From Yuukianura sp. NJ FZ-2021 (taxonomy: Eukaryota), in assembly GCA_046563655.1 (NCBI GenBank), contig CM102286.1, forward strand, positions 13,206,001 through 13,270,000: 64,000 nucleotides of DNA. Reading direction: 5' to 3'. Below the pieces are notes generated by a model. That model saw only the letters and a program-made list of their open reading frames with translations, did no database searches and was not told where the DNA came from. Positions 1-12,180 of the stretch are shown here, one piece after another. Made by a program: the position numbers and the translations under genes. Numbering within the stretch: the stretch's first letter is position 1; the number at the start of each line of letters is the position of its first letter.

Positions 1-805
1 CTAAACAGAGCTTCGCTTAAAATATCACGAGAGGAGCACAATAATATTTATACTTTGTTGCGCTGGCCTAAGATCTCTAAAAATTGTTTGAAATATCTCT
101 CTGACTAAATGAAAAAATGCATGTGATCTGCACTGATTACCTTAACAATTACTATGTTGATGATGATTCGTTATGATTACCGATTATGAATTTGGTTTAA
201 GTGACACGCGTTCTATAGTACACTGTTCTATCTTCAACTCAGCAAAAGAAAAAGTTTAGGTCTGTGCTAGAATCAAAACTAAATTTTGCTTTCACTTTGT
301 ACTCTACTTAACGTTATACTTTTTAGTCGCTTTTCCTCGAATTTTGAAGCCTTTCAATTCCAACTAATTGTGTTACGCTCTTATTACATGTTATGTTAAG
401 CTAAACCAAAATAAATTCCTGCCTAACCTTACTTTTTAAAACAATCAGTGTAAGCGTCACTTTGGCATTTGAGTCAATTTAATTAAAAAATATTATTATT
501 AGTAGATGACATAAGTCGTTTTAACTTCTAAGTTCGGTCTACAGTTCTACAAATACTTGGCAAAAAAAGTCGCATCATTCTTTTAAATAATTCTTCGCAT
601 TTCAATTTCGTAAAACAGCCTTGACCTTAAGGTCAACTTCTTTGAATTGAGCACCCACAACTTTCAAAGGAAACCTCATCATTTTTACAAATTGTTGTGA
701 CTTATTACAATTGAGTGCTAAGTAAGAAAAAAAGATCCAATTTGATCAACTCAAGTAAAAGCCAAAAGTGAGTATCAATTGGACCAGGTACTACTGACAG
801 TAAAG

Positions 806-3298
806 TTAGCTTGAGCGACGATAAATTTTTGCCAACATTTCAATGAAGAGATGTTTGGGAAGTCCTGGAGACATTTGTTGGATATGGGCCATGATCAGAG
901 CGTGGCTGTCTTCCTCAAACTTGTGAAACAGGTCTGGAATTCCCATTTCTAGGTAAAGATTCTTCACAGCAGCAATTTTGGCGACATCGTCTTCACCATA
1001 GTTGGCCAGCAGGAAGTCACGTTGAGCAGGAGTAGCCTTCTCCAGTGCTGTAACGAACAGCCAGGAACATTTGCAATCTTGAATATCCGTGCCAATCTTG
1101 CCAGTGACCCGAACGTCTCCGAAGCAATCCAAGTAGTCGTCTTGTACTTGAAAAAGATGTCCGATCTCAAGTGTGACTTTTTCAACCTGTCGTTTTTGCT
1201 CTGGATCTTTCACTCCAGCCTGAGAAAAAAATTCATTTTTGTAAACAGAAAATACATTTTTGTAAGGGAAAAAAATACATTTTTGGACAATTGGTTTCCT
1301 TGATTTGGAGATAATGGGCTGGAAATTCCATGAAAGTCAAAAACAAGTTATAGCTCCCAGCAAAACCAAACTCCTTACACATGTTAACTTAATTTTAACT
1401 CAAATATTAAAAGGTACTCAAGCAAATCACAAAGCAAACTTGTCTTTTGAACGAGTTGGACCTGAAGGCCTTGGGAAATTTTAAACCAGCTCAATCGTTT
1501 TTGGAAATTCTCACATTAGTGATTCTGAACGTATGACATACCATAGCCATTGCAAGGGCGACAGGCAGATGAAATGAGTAGTAACTTGTCTTGTACTTGA
1601 CAATTCCCTTGTATTTGTCCATTGTATAGCTGTGGAAAAAAAATCAAATGCTGTAGACACTCTTTCAGTGCAACTATTGGCTTCCAAGCGTCTAAAATCT
1701 TAAATCACTTACGTCTGCATCTGTCTGGTAAGTCCAGTCCTGGTATCCAAACTCTGTCCATAGATTGTCTTATAGTTGGCATCATGCATGATTTCCAGAA
1801 GATCCAAATAATACTCTTTTTCACGAAAATACTTCTTGAGAATAGCAAAAATAGTGCCTTGAAGGAGAAACGCATCGTTCATGGCAGCAGGCCCCATATT
1901 GTCAACTTTGTACCAACATGGTCTTCCTCGGCGTGTTTCCGAACTGTCCATAATATCATCGGCAACCAGGAAATATGCTTGGAGCTATCAAAAAATAATC
2001 ACAAATCCATAAAAATTTAAATATCAAACAAAAAACTACTAGTAGGGCATACTAAGTTGTCTACTTTCTTACAATCTCTACGGTCCAGCCGAGAATGTAA
2101 CTCAATTCCAAACTTTTGTCATCAAGCTCATCAGCCAAATAGCGGTATGCCAAGGCAGTGGCGAGGCCACGATTCCGTTTCCCATGGGGCACATTGTACT
2201 GCAAAACTTTGGCCAGCCAGCGATTCGTTTCTGGCATGTCCCTAAACTCCGGCATCTCCGTCAAAAATTTTGCCAGTTTCACAAATACTGCATTGAATTT
2301 ATCAAATTCTTCTTTTTCAAGCAACTTTGATGCTTGAACTTGACCTTGAGCAGGGGCGACGTCAACCATTTTGGGTAATGTCGTGAGAGATCTAAAAAAA
2401 ACCAAGAAAAATTGAAATAAATTAATTTTGAAAAACAAACTTTTCAGTAACGGTATCGAGTTTCTTTCTTTTCAATCTTAAATCAACTAACAGGCCTTAC
2501 AAGAGAAATTCAACAAATGTATTTTTAATTTTCCGAAGTACTTGACTCGTTTTCCTAGAAATTTCTTTTCAAATGAAACTAATGACTCAGCACAGTAAAT
2601 TAGCAAGACCAGTGAGCTTTGAGTTCAAGAAGCCAACTGAAACCAAACCAGTGGACGCTCTGCGTTGATATAGCCCAAGGAAAGTCCAATTACAAAAAAT
2701 ATTAAGATGAGAAGGGTAATACCAGTTCCTGTCATTGACGTACCATTAATACTAAAAAAAACGTTCAATTGCTTTTCACGGCTCTTTCAGAAGTTGTTCT
2801 CGGGAATGATGTCGGCACCTCGTCAATTTACTCTATTATTCATGCATTATTGTTCCAGGGTAACTTTGCTTCCGTTTCACCGTAGCAATTTGTCTAATAA
2901 GTGAATTGACGCCACAAACTACTATTCCCAGATCAAAACAAGTTGTGTAGATGCACGTAATACTACGGAATGCGTCAATTAGTCAAAGTTGCTGAGAATA
3001 CTTTGAATTATTATGCTTACCGAGGCTGAGACGTCGTTGAAGCACTGGGCAGTGATTGCGGTAAGGGTTCTTGAACAGCAATTGTCGACGCAGAAGCTAC
3101 GGTTGCAGAACCATTCGTTTCGCCAGGCATGATGGCGTTCGTTGCCCTGGGAGGTTGGCCGACAGGTAAAACTGAACTGGCCAAGGCTGAATTCCTGTTG
3201 AATTTGAGGAGAGACTTCGTGTAAGTTGCTGATTTAGTTGAAAAACGGGTCTTCTTGAGAAGGTGTAGAGGAGTAATAAATGAGAATGTCCGCCGCAT
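806..3298 (-). CDS. Fpps: Farnesyl pyrophosphate synthase, 5 coding exons: 3021-3298, 2073-2391, 1713-1984, 1542-1629, 806-1219 (456 aa)
   Basis: Motifs [71 protein letters not shown]. All introns are GT-AG and the exons sum to 1371 nt in frame. Confidence 0.96.
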
Positions 3299-5262
3299 CT
3301 TCAGAATAAATTAAGAGATACCGAGGTATGAGATCCGATCTTCGAATCTTCCGAGGAAGATTTGCCTGCGGGGAAAACAATGAAATGTTCTTAATCATTT
3401 TGTGTCCATCAACAAAGTCCACTAACCTTAGCAAAACAACAGGAATTCATGACGCTCTGTTTCACAATTGGTCAGAAGCATATGACCCGTTACGAAAGTG
3501 CATTTAAAACGCATTTGGCCTAACTTAAGTCACACAAAGCGGGGTAGAAAATTCGTTCATTCGGGTAGCATTCATAAACATAACGGTATTTCTTGTCTTC
3601 CTATAGTAAAGGTACGGATAACACGTCACTGGCATGTGACATTGACTAAGCGCAACGCCTGGACGAATGATCGATTTCGATTTCAAGTTTCCTTTCAAGT
3701 ACCACAAAGTTTTTCGTCAAATTAAGCACCACAAATGTACATTTTGGCACTAACTTTTAATGAAATTTAACATATAATATGGCATTTAGCATTATAGCGT
3801 TTTGTATTTTTGGAATTAAACGTCAATGTTTATAGTCGATGGATTGGCTTATAAGTGGGAAAAAGAACGGGTCACATTTTAATGGAAGTTAAATTCAATT
3901 TGGATTTTAGCATTATGTGATCGTGGCTTTGACTGCTTGAGTCTTGGGAAAAACCAGACGACAAGGCTATAAAGTTGTAATTAAGTACTAAAAAGTTTTC
4001 TTTTCAGTTCCTCGTACCTCGTTCCTCCAGGAAAACCCCGCTATACGTACGAAACGAACTGTTTGAGAAACATTGAATGAAAAAAAGCCAAACCTGCCTC
4101 AAAACTCGAGTATGGTTTTCATCAAAACAAAACAAAAACTAAATTTCCACAACTTCCTTAGGGAATTTGATTCTTTTGGTTTTGTTTCTTTCATTTTTAA
4201 ACACGCAACGCATGAGTTGAGTTCAGTTCAATGTAAAAATCATCAACATAGACTCCCACGACTCCATTTTAGTCACGAAGTAACTGTCTGATATTGAATT
4301 CTGATAAATCCTAGAAATAAGTTAGACATTTTAACGCACTTGTAGAGATTCGTGATGACCTTTTGGCATAACCTTGAAGGCAGGATATGGAAGTGGGTTT
4401 TTTACTAATGGCATTGGCACTCGTCTTCAGTGGAGGAAGTTGAAAATTGTCTCCCAGGGATTTTAATTAAGTTTTAATTTTGGAAGCAAAGCAAGCCAGG
4501 CAACGCTAAACGAAACAGTTTCAGAAAGAAGATGTTTTGATGACAGCTTTACTGGTAGCGACATACTGCTGTTGCTGAGAGCAATAAATCAAAAATCAAA
4601 TGGGTTATATTTTTAAAATCCTATGAAACTTAACCAAACCATAAGGTTAACCCGCCCAAAGGTCATCACATCATAACTAGTGCCTGGCTGATGAAAAAAT
4701 GTGACAGAGGTCAGACATCAAAGACATTCAGCTAACCTTATTTTTAGACCTCGTCTAGACACGTGTTTCGGCAAAACCTAAAAGTGGAATAACTAATCAG
4801 TTGCTTAGCACAACTACACTACCACAGCGGCAGTGCCACTGGTTGAGGCGGTAACTTTTAGCTTGTACTCCGGTTAACTCACACAACGGTGTCACTGTGA
4901 CACTGTCAACACTGTCACACACTGTGGCTCACAATTTGCCTGGCATTATAAATTCTTCACAGCCCATTGTTCTCTCGGACATTTCAGAGGAAATGTTTTC
5001 CACTGGAACAACTAAACATAGAACTCGACTTATACTAATCTTGACTTCATTAGTTGTTTCTGTTTGTTGTATACTTGTAACTGAATAGTTAAGCTCCTTG
5101 CCAAAGTAGATTATATTAGTAACTGACCAGACCACAGACCAAAGTTTACGATAAGACGCGTACTCCTTAATAGTCGTTTTGTTTCAATTAGGTCGAGCCA
5201 ATTACCGGCGGTTTACGTTTTCGGATCTACAATCTAAAAGAAAATAAAAAAAAATGAAAATT

Positions 5263-5438
5263 GTAGTCACTTGACTTGCCAAGTACTGCCCTGTTCCAGT
5301 GGTCCAGACAAAATGATACCAGGACTAGGACACCCACCGTCCGCTTCCAGTATCCAGTCACGCTCTGAGTCAGCAGTCCGAGTTCCTGATCCTTACCACT
5401 GTCAAAGACTTGCCAATTTCTATGATTCATCATACTAC
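5263..5438 (-). ncRNA. Candidate intronic structured RNA (box C/D-like sno/scaRNA)
   Basis: GC-rich island in a putative minus-strand intron (5234-5518). C box ATGATGA (5427-5433), terminal stem GTAG/CTAC, non-canonical D box GTGA, long internal irregular hairpin. Confidence 0.35.
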
Positions 5439-6241
5439 TGAAACGTCAAGATAAATTTTCTTGTTTGAATTTGCACAAAAACTTCCAGGAAATCGCAAAA
5501 TGATAACAATAGCCGTACCTTCTGTCTGACAGTGAATTCACACCACATGTTGGACAAAAAAAATGAATGTAAACAGAAGATATTAACCACAGCAGCGCTA
5601 CCTCTAAAGTTTACTCCCGCGCCTCAACCGTGCGGTGCAATACGATATTTGGGAAATCGAATTTACTATAATCGAACATGAGTCGAAACGTTTTTTTTTC
5701 ATTTATACTTTGAAGCAAAAACATTAGTCTAAAAGTTTCCGTTTCTCTTGGCTTTGCATCAAAAACATGAACCAATCGTTTTAACGCTGAGAAATCATAA
5801 CTATTAGTACGAAACGACACCTCACATAAACTGCGCATAAAGTTTTCTATTGTATTCGGTTATAAGATAACGGTATTTGAACCATGGGTAAGACGGTACC
5901 CAAGCCGAGCTGCTTTTATGCGTGCTTGAATAAAACATTTTTCCGATTTCATCTGGCAATGCTAGACTAGTCAAAGAAATTGAATCCATGTTTAGGTTTT
6001 AAATGTGGAGCTCACAGAAGAATTAATTTTGTTTTAACTTGACTTAAACAATTAACTGTCATTACGGTAAGTACTGTTATACTATTGCATTAACATGACA
6101 TAAGTGTTCGTTATTAAAATGAAAATTATTGTTCCAGATAATAGAAACAGAAAGGATACCCCGTTTCGGTATTGGCGTCCCTGTTACTGAGTGATCGATA
6201 TTCGATAAGCCCTGTCAGCATTGCCTCCTTGTCTCATCTAA

Positions 6242-6685
6242 ATGGAATTGAATAAGCCCAGTTTACAGCACCAGAAAGTTACCAGTTATGAATACTTCCT
6301 GAACGAGGTCCTACGAACAGATCTCAAAAATGCTATGGAGCGGCGAGCATCCGTACAGAAAAAAATCTCAGCCTATACTCAACAGAAGACGATTCTGGAG
6401 AAGTTGACCTCCAGCCCAGAATTATCTAAGGATATTAGAACTAAAGTAGATCTGAGTTGCGATTTTTATGTAGATTCTTTAGTACCTAACTTAGACATGG
6501 TCGTAATGAATTTAGGATGCGGGACCTGGGTACAGGTAACTTCTGATGAAGCGATCCGAATTTGTGATCGAGAGATAGCCAACCTCACTAAAACTGTTGA
6601 GGTTATTTCTAAGCAGGAACTAGAACTGAAAGCCCACATTAATCTTGTGATTAATGGTCTACGAGAAATACAGAATCTAGAATGA
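6242..6685 (+). CDS. UXT: UXT (prefoldin alpha-like, ART-27), single coding exon, 147 aa
   Basis: KVTSYEYFLNEVLRTDL, TKVDLSCDFYV, LGCGTWVQVTSDEA and KAHINLVINGLREIQ match the UXT coiled-coil/beta-hairpin pattern. Confidence 0.9.
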   Translation: MELNKPSLQHQKVTSYEYFLNEVLRTDLKNAMERRASVQKKISAYTQQKTILEKLTSSPELSKDIRTKVDLSCDFYVDSLVPNLDMVVMNLGCGTWVQVTSDEAIRICDREIANLTKTVEVISKQELELKAHINLVINGLREIQNLE

Positions 6686-6857
6686 AATAGTGCCAGAGAA
6701 ATGACCTACTTTTCCATGACTGACTACTAAAAATACAAATCCAAAAATTAGAATGCCAATAAAAATTATACGAAAACATGCTGGTTGGAAAGAAGCTGTT
6801 TAATAGTTTTATGTTTTTATTCAAACTTTTAAACAATAGAAACGGAAATGTAGGTCT

Positions 6858-7605
6858 TTACTTGGCCGCAGCCTTCGCTTTAGTAGCTGGTGACTGGGAT
6901 TTCATGAGCTTCACTACGATCTTCTGTTCTTCGATCAAAAATGCTCGTACGATCCTGTTTGGAAAATAAAAATGTCAATTAGGACGTCAAGGTTTAATTT
7001 ATTAGTGCTTGACAATCAGAACCAGTTGTATTGTACAAATTGTATACCTCTCCTTGACGCACTGATGACAAAGGACTCCACCGTATGCTCGGTTGACCAT
7101 CTTATGACGTCGTGAGAGTCTGGACAGCTCGCGAGATCTGGCTGGCGTAATTCCGCGCAACTTCGTTTTACAGTGACCACATTTCGGAACCTGCCTTGGC
7201 TTCTTGACATATTGGTAGACAAGACGTCCTCCTGGTGTCCGGACACTGAAAAAAAAACGTCAATAATCAATCTATATCTTTCTTTACCATGATCTTTTTT
7301 CCCATGCCAAATGTATACTTTCATCGTTCTGCCCTGATATGTATAAATTGATCATGTCACACCACTCATGTGTCTGTAGCAGCCAATATGTAGTGTTCCT
7401 ACGCAATGTACATTTCATTCAGTAGTCACAAAATTTAACATTAACGCAGTGGCTTTGTAAGCAAATACAAACACATGTTCAATGTTCACAAACCTCTAAA
7501 TTAGATTAGCGAATAGGGTTAGCAAAACAACGTTACTTACATTCGCCTCTTGTTACTGGCGGTGTTGTAGGGCAATCGTCGCCTGAGAGTTAGTCTCTGA
7601 ACCAT
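6858..7605 (-). CDS. RpL34: 60S ribosomal protein L34 (eL34), exons 7541-7605, 7048-7245, 6858-6954 (119 aa)
   Basis: Spliced translation begins [34 protein letters not shown] and contains [28 protein letters not shown]. Exons sum to 360 nt. Not present in the ORF track. Confidence 0.97.
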
Positions 7606-7712
7606 TTTAGAAGGTGTCTAAAGCTACTTTAATTAAGTCACTAATCAATTCACTGTCAAAAATCAGTGATTATCTCTCCAGGAAATCCAAGAAAACCAGA
7701 GCAAAACTTTAC

Positions 7713-7722
7713 ACAGAAGAGC
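7713..7722 (-). promoter_or_regulatory. Probable TCT/5'TOP start and tiny non-coding first exon of RpL34
   Basis: Minus strand reads CTCTTCTGT|gtaaag. The intron 7618-7712 ends in tttag 12 nt before the ATG. Pyrimidine starts are typical of ribosomal protein genes. Confidence 0.55.
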
Positions 7723-10151
7723 ATGCAAAAAGCCGAACAAAATTTTAGAGAACATGCACACCGATTTCAATTCAAATCAAACCTCCGTTTTCCGGAGTGT
7801 TTATTTCTACTACCGCTAGAGGACGCCCCACTTCCACGCTTACAAATACCAAACTAACGCGTCACTTTCTCCAACTCTACTTCATTATGTAAACCGCAAG
7901 CACTGCCATAAATAATCTTGCTCGATTTAATTAGTGTAGTACTTGTAATTAATGATTTTAAATTTATTAAACTACATTCCCTTGGTAGAACTAAATTTCA
8001 GCCACTGAATTCTTAAGCGTTGCCCTCTTTTACGTAATGATCAAGACCACTCTCATTAATTTCAAAACGGTGGCTGTTCAGTTCAGTGCCCAATTTGTGT
8101 TTAAGTGTAACCGAATAAATGAACTTCCGCTCCTTTGTTGTTATTTTGAAAACGCTGGAAGGCTGCTTCAGGTTTGAACAAGTTGCTCTTGTTCTTACTT
8201 CAAACTAATGATGATGACGCTGGGAAAGTCAGTGAAAGTCTGCAAAGTTATATTTAGGTTTACAAGTATTTGGATCCGGTGAAATTCAATAACCTAAAGT
8301 GTTTTGATCTCGAGTGAAGATGGTTCTGGTTTCCTCTGGTTGAGTGAGCAGGGACAAAAGTCACTTGAAGGGATCTCAAGCGCGTGAAAGTCAAGGCAGA
8401 ATCATATCTCCGTCCGCATCTTCCCAATTTATTAAACTAGATACGTTTCCGTAGAAAGTCATAGAAAGTAGAGTAGATACCATAGAGACGTCTTCTTCTA
8501 GATCTTCCAGAAATATGACGTCGACATGTTCTGTCCAGATAAGCAAGAATATGGAAATGATGCAGTCCAACTTTCACTGGGATTCAAATTTCAAATTTCT
8601 CAAAATAATTTCCATTTTCGTCATTCCCAATTCACTGCACACCACATCTTACAACTTTTTAATATGCAATTATAATCTGTCCAATTTGCGTCATAACTTC
8701 CTGTAACCCGACACAAACAGAAACGTGAAAACTTCGATTCCCAAAAATCTAATGTGAAATCTACCCCGAACTGGAAAAAATTGAGGTTTGGCATTCGTAT
8801 AATTCGTTTTCCAATAAAACTTTTTTTTAGTTTCTGCACAAGAAAGTTTTTCTTGAAACTTTTCAAAATGTCACAAGCTACACTCAACCTAATATAACTT
8901 TCACACTTAATTCAAATTCAATGCTTTTCTTCGCTTTCTTCCTCAAGGCTTTTGTTCCCTACGTTACAAAAGTAGCAGTGACAAAAGCCCTATTATGAAA
9001 CGCTACATCGTCATGACTTTCCCTTTTCCAGGGAATTGAGCAATCTCTAAAAGCATCGCAGGTAAAAATTAATTAAATTCTCCTGTACTTTTTAAGAAAG
9101 AGAAAAATTCTCCCGGGATTGGCTTAATCCCTGCCTGAAAAGTCCACTCGACTTAGTACGTGCCTTTAGCTGAGCTTTAAGAATAGTTACTCCCTCCACT
9201 CTTCTTCAAAAGGCAGATGAAGAGAAAGATGAAATTGGATGCATCCGTCCGCTGCTAATCTCCAGCTTCCTTTTGCTCCTTTCCCTCCAGCATCCTTTCA
9301 CTAAAGTTCATGAATCTAGCTGAGGTTGAGCTAGGATTGTAGCGCATCGAAATGTCAAGGGCAATTTTGGAGCACATTGTGCTGCTAGACTGAAGAATAT
9401 AAAAGTCAAAGGACAGGTGAACAAAACATAACGCACAGAGAAAGTCTCAACTTTAGCATTCCAACTTGGCTGCATTTCTTTGGAAAGCTCCAGCGGCAGC
9501 TCCAGGAACTTTCTATTTTGGTTGTACATACGTCAGACACCCAGATTCTAGAAAAGCTTTTGACTTTATTGGTCCATTATTCATAAAGAATGAGACTGTG
9601 AAGTAGAGAACAATAGATTTCATGGATGTTTCGTTCTGAAGCTCCCTTTGGATACATTTCCACTTACTTTGTGTACATAGCCAAATCCAAGTTGTTTCAA
9701 CATTCGTTTGTCCAAGGTGCTAAAGGGAGTGATGCTCCGGGAAAGTAAAATGAGTCCGGATGGGCTGCCATGCGTAATCATTGATCTAGCAGTTCCTACT
9801 AAAAGAGTTTCCAACCAGGAAAACCATGACAATATCGATCTTTTTCCTTCAAGTACATAGTGTAGTGCTAAGCTTTATTTCAAACAGACTTCCATCCCCC
9901 TCCGTTGCCCAAAATATGAGTCATAGTTACTCAGGAGTGGAGATCCAGGAAGATCCAGATCATGGACTAGATCATACCAACAGCCAGTAGTACTGTCAAC
10001 TGGGTTGCAACGACTTCCAACCCCCGCACAAATCTTTGTGATTCCCAGGACTTTCTCCAGCAATCATCAAAATCAGCCACTTCCGTTCCAGACTTTAGGC
10101 AAGACACACCAATTCCAAGTGGAGAGTAGAATTCAACACTAAGAGGCACAA

Positions 10152-10186
10152 AGGTCAAAGGTCAAATTCTGGAAGGTCAAAGGTCA
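10152..10186 (+). promoter_or_regulatory. Two tandem perfect DR1 elements (AGGTCA-A-AGGTCA); a third copy at 10734-10746
   Basis: Exact matches at 10152-10164, 10174-10186 and 10734-10746. Function is unproven. Confidence 0.4.
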
Positions 10187-10207
10187 GAGTAGGTAAGGCT
10201 TGTGGTC

Positions 10208-12180
10208 ATGTCCTTAACAGCTTCTGGGATGATTGACCGTGCTTCAGCCGAAATCTCCAAGTGTATTATGCGGATCAAGCGAAAAGACAATAAGAAACCA
10301 CCAGAAGTTCCACCAAAACCAAATTCCGATGTGCTTCGTAACGGTGTCGCAGTACTTCCAATGAGACACGGAACTGTTGGAGCCACCAGTAGCAATCCAC
10401 TCATCAACACGCTTACTCCGTTGACCCCTAGAAAGTTTACTAAAAAGTCTACGGCAAAAACCAAAGTAGTTTTGACCAGTGCTGACCAATTGTGGAAGGA
10501 TGATACTTTCCTCAAGCATTTCTTCCTGAACTACTTTCAAGGTACGGAAAAACTTGTACTGCCAGCAGTATCTCGGAAATGGAGAGACGTCGCTTATAGT
10601 TGTCCAGAGTTCTGGAGCGATTTGATTCCAGTGCTAAAGTGTAAAGAGCTAAGAAGGACGGTTCGAGTGGACGGTGGCCTTGGAGCTGGGATAAGAAGGC
10701 GTTTCTATGGTGGCGTTGTCAAGAGAGGGTAAGAGGTCAAAGGTCAAATCTAAAAAGGAAAGAAAAAGGCGGTATTTGAAATGTCTAAATGTTAATTTTA
10801 GATTCAATTCGTTGAAATTGGATTCAGCGACAGACGAAGACTCAGAAGACGTTCTGATCCACTTTTCTCAAGGGACGCAGCTCATTCAGACGCTGAAACT
10901 CTACTCTTCAAGTATCACTGACAAGGGACTGTATAATTTGATTGATCATTTGACTTCTCTCAAAGAACTGGAATTGAGTTCATGTAATGAACTCAGTGAA
11001 GATGGAATTGTGCAAGCTCTACCAAAGAAATTAGAAAAATTGGTCATCTACGATTGTATTCATGTCGCCGACATTGTCGTATCTTTTGTTGCCAAATCTC
11101 TCAACCTTGTCGAATTTTCTCTCCAAGTAAGTCAAAACTTATAAAAGTTTACTTGAAAAAAAAAAAACTTTGCTTTACTTTGAAATGTGATTCAAAATTG
11201 AATTTGATAAAAATTTGAATGGTTCCAGGCTTATCATGTGACTGACACAGCACTCATGTCGTTCAACCAAAAATCAAATGCAAACCTTACCACGTTGAAA
11301 TTAGACTCTTGCTGGGAACTGACCAATCAAACCGTCCTACATATCGGTAAAAGTTTCTTGAATTGAAACCGAGTCGAAACATTTCAAAAATTTTAAAATC
11401 AAGCCAGGAATGTAAATTCACAATTTCGCTTAATTAGAAAACTTTGAAAATTTAGTTTCAGGCCTCCCTATGCTTCGCCGGCTAAGTCTCTCAGGCTGTT
11501 CAAAAATTACTGATGAAGGAATCGAGATTCTAGCAGAAAATTTGACTCATTTGCGGTTGCTTGACCTTGGGTGGGGTCCAAGAATCACTGATGCTTCCCT
11601 GGAGTGTATTGCCTGCGACTTGATGTGTCTTGAGGAGCTTATACTCGACCGGTAAAATGATCCATCAAAAATTTAACTTCTTCTGAAAGGTTTCCTTGAA
11701 CTTTGACATTTCAATTTCAGCTGCACAATGGTAACAGATCTTGGCGTTGGATACTTGGCCACTATGTCCACGCTTCGGAAACTGTCTCTGCGGTGGTGTT
11801 CCATTCGAGATGCTTCTGTTCATCATATCGTCGGAATGCGGCGACTGCAGTATCTTTCCCTAGCAGGTAACATACGGAGCCTGTCATTTTACGCTTCCGG
11901 CTTCTTTTTACAAAATTTAGTGGTCCAGGAACCCCTGTGGGAGCCGCTTCATTGCTTTGCCTTAGTGAAACATTTACAATGTTTTCTTTTCTTTCTCTCT
12001 TTTTTGAAAAACTTCTTTTTTAAATTGTTTACAGGATGTGTCAACATTTCCCCGTCGACGTTTTGCTCTCTATCAAATCTAAGGAACCTCAAAGAACTGG
12101 AACTTACAAACTGTGGAGCCAATGCTCAAGTGATTCAGTTTCTTCGGAGTACGCTTAACTCATGCGCCGTCGTTGAGTAG
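10208..12180 (+). CDS. FBXL16: F-box/LRR-repeat protein 16-like, exons 10208-10728, 10802-11126, 11229-11346, 11456-11651, 11721-11866, 12035-12180 (483 aa)
   Basis: N-terminal [13 protein letters not shown]-box-like [13 protein letters not shown], LRRs [42 protein letters not shown] and LEELILDRC. Exons sum to 1452 nt. Confidence 0.9.

Noticed and set aside
621..636. 16-bp palindrome TTGACCTTAAGGTCAA downstream of the FPPS stop
   Set aside because: A single short instance with no supporting context.
1713..1984. FPPS as an IDS-derived terpene synthase or GGPPS
   Set aside because: FARM with upstream Y/F, the RRG loop, the KT motif and SARM are all canonical for FPPS.
4660..4930. SRE-like ATCACATCAT and GTCACAC repeats upstream of FPPS
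   Set aside because: Imperfect short matches that could arise by chance.
7246..7540. snoRNA in the long RpL34 intron
   Set aside because: Partial hairpins and an ACA are present, but I found no convincing H box or C/D pair.
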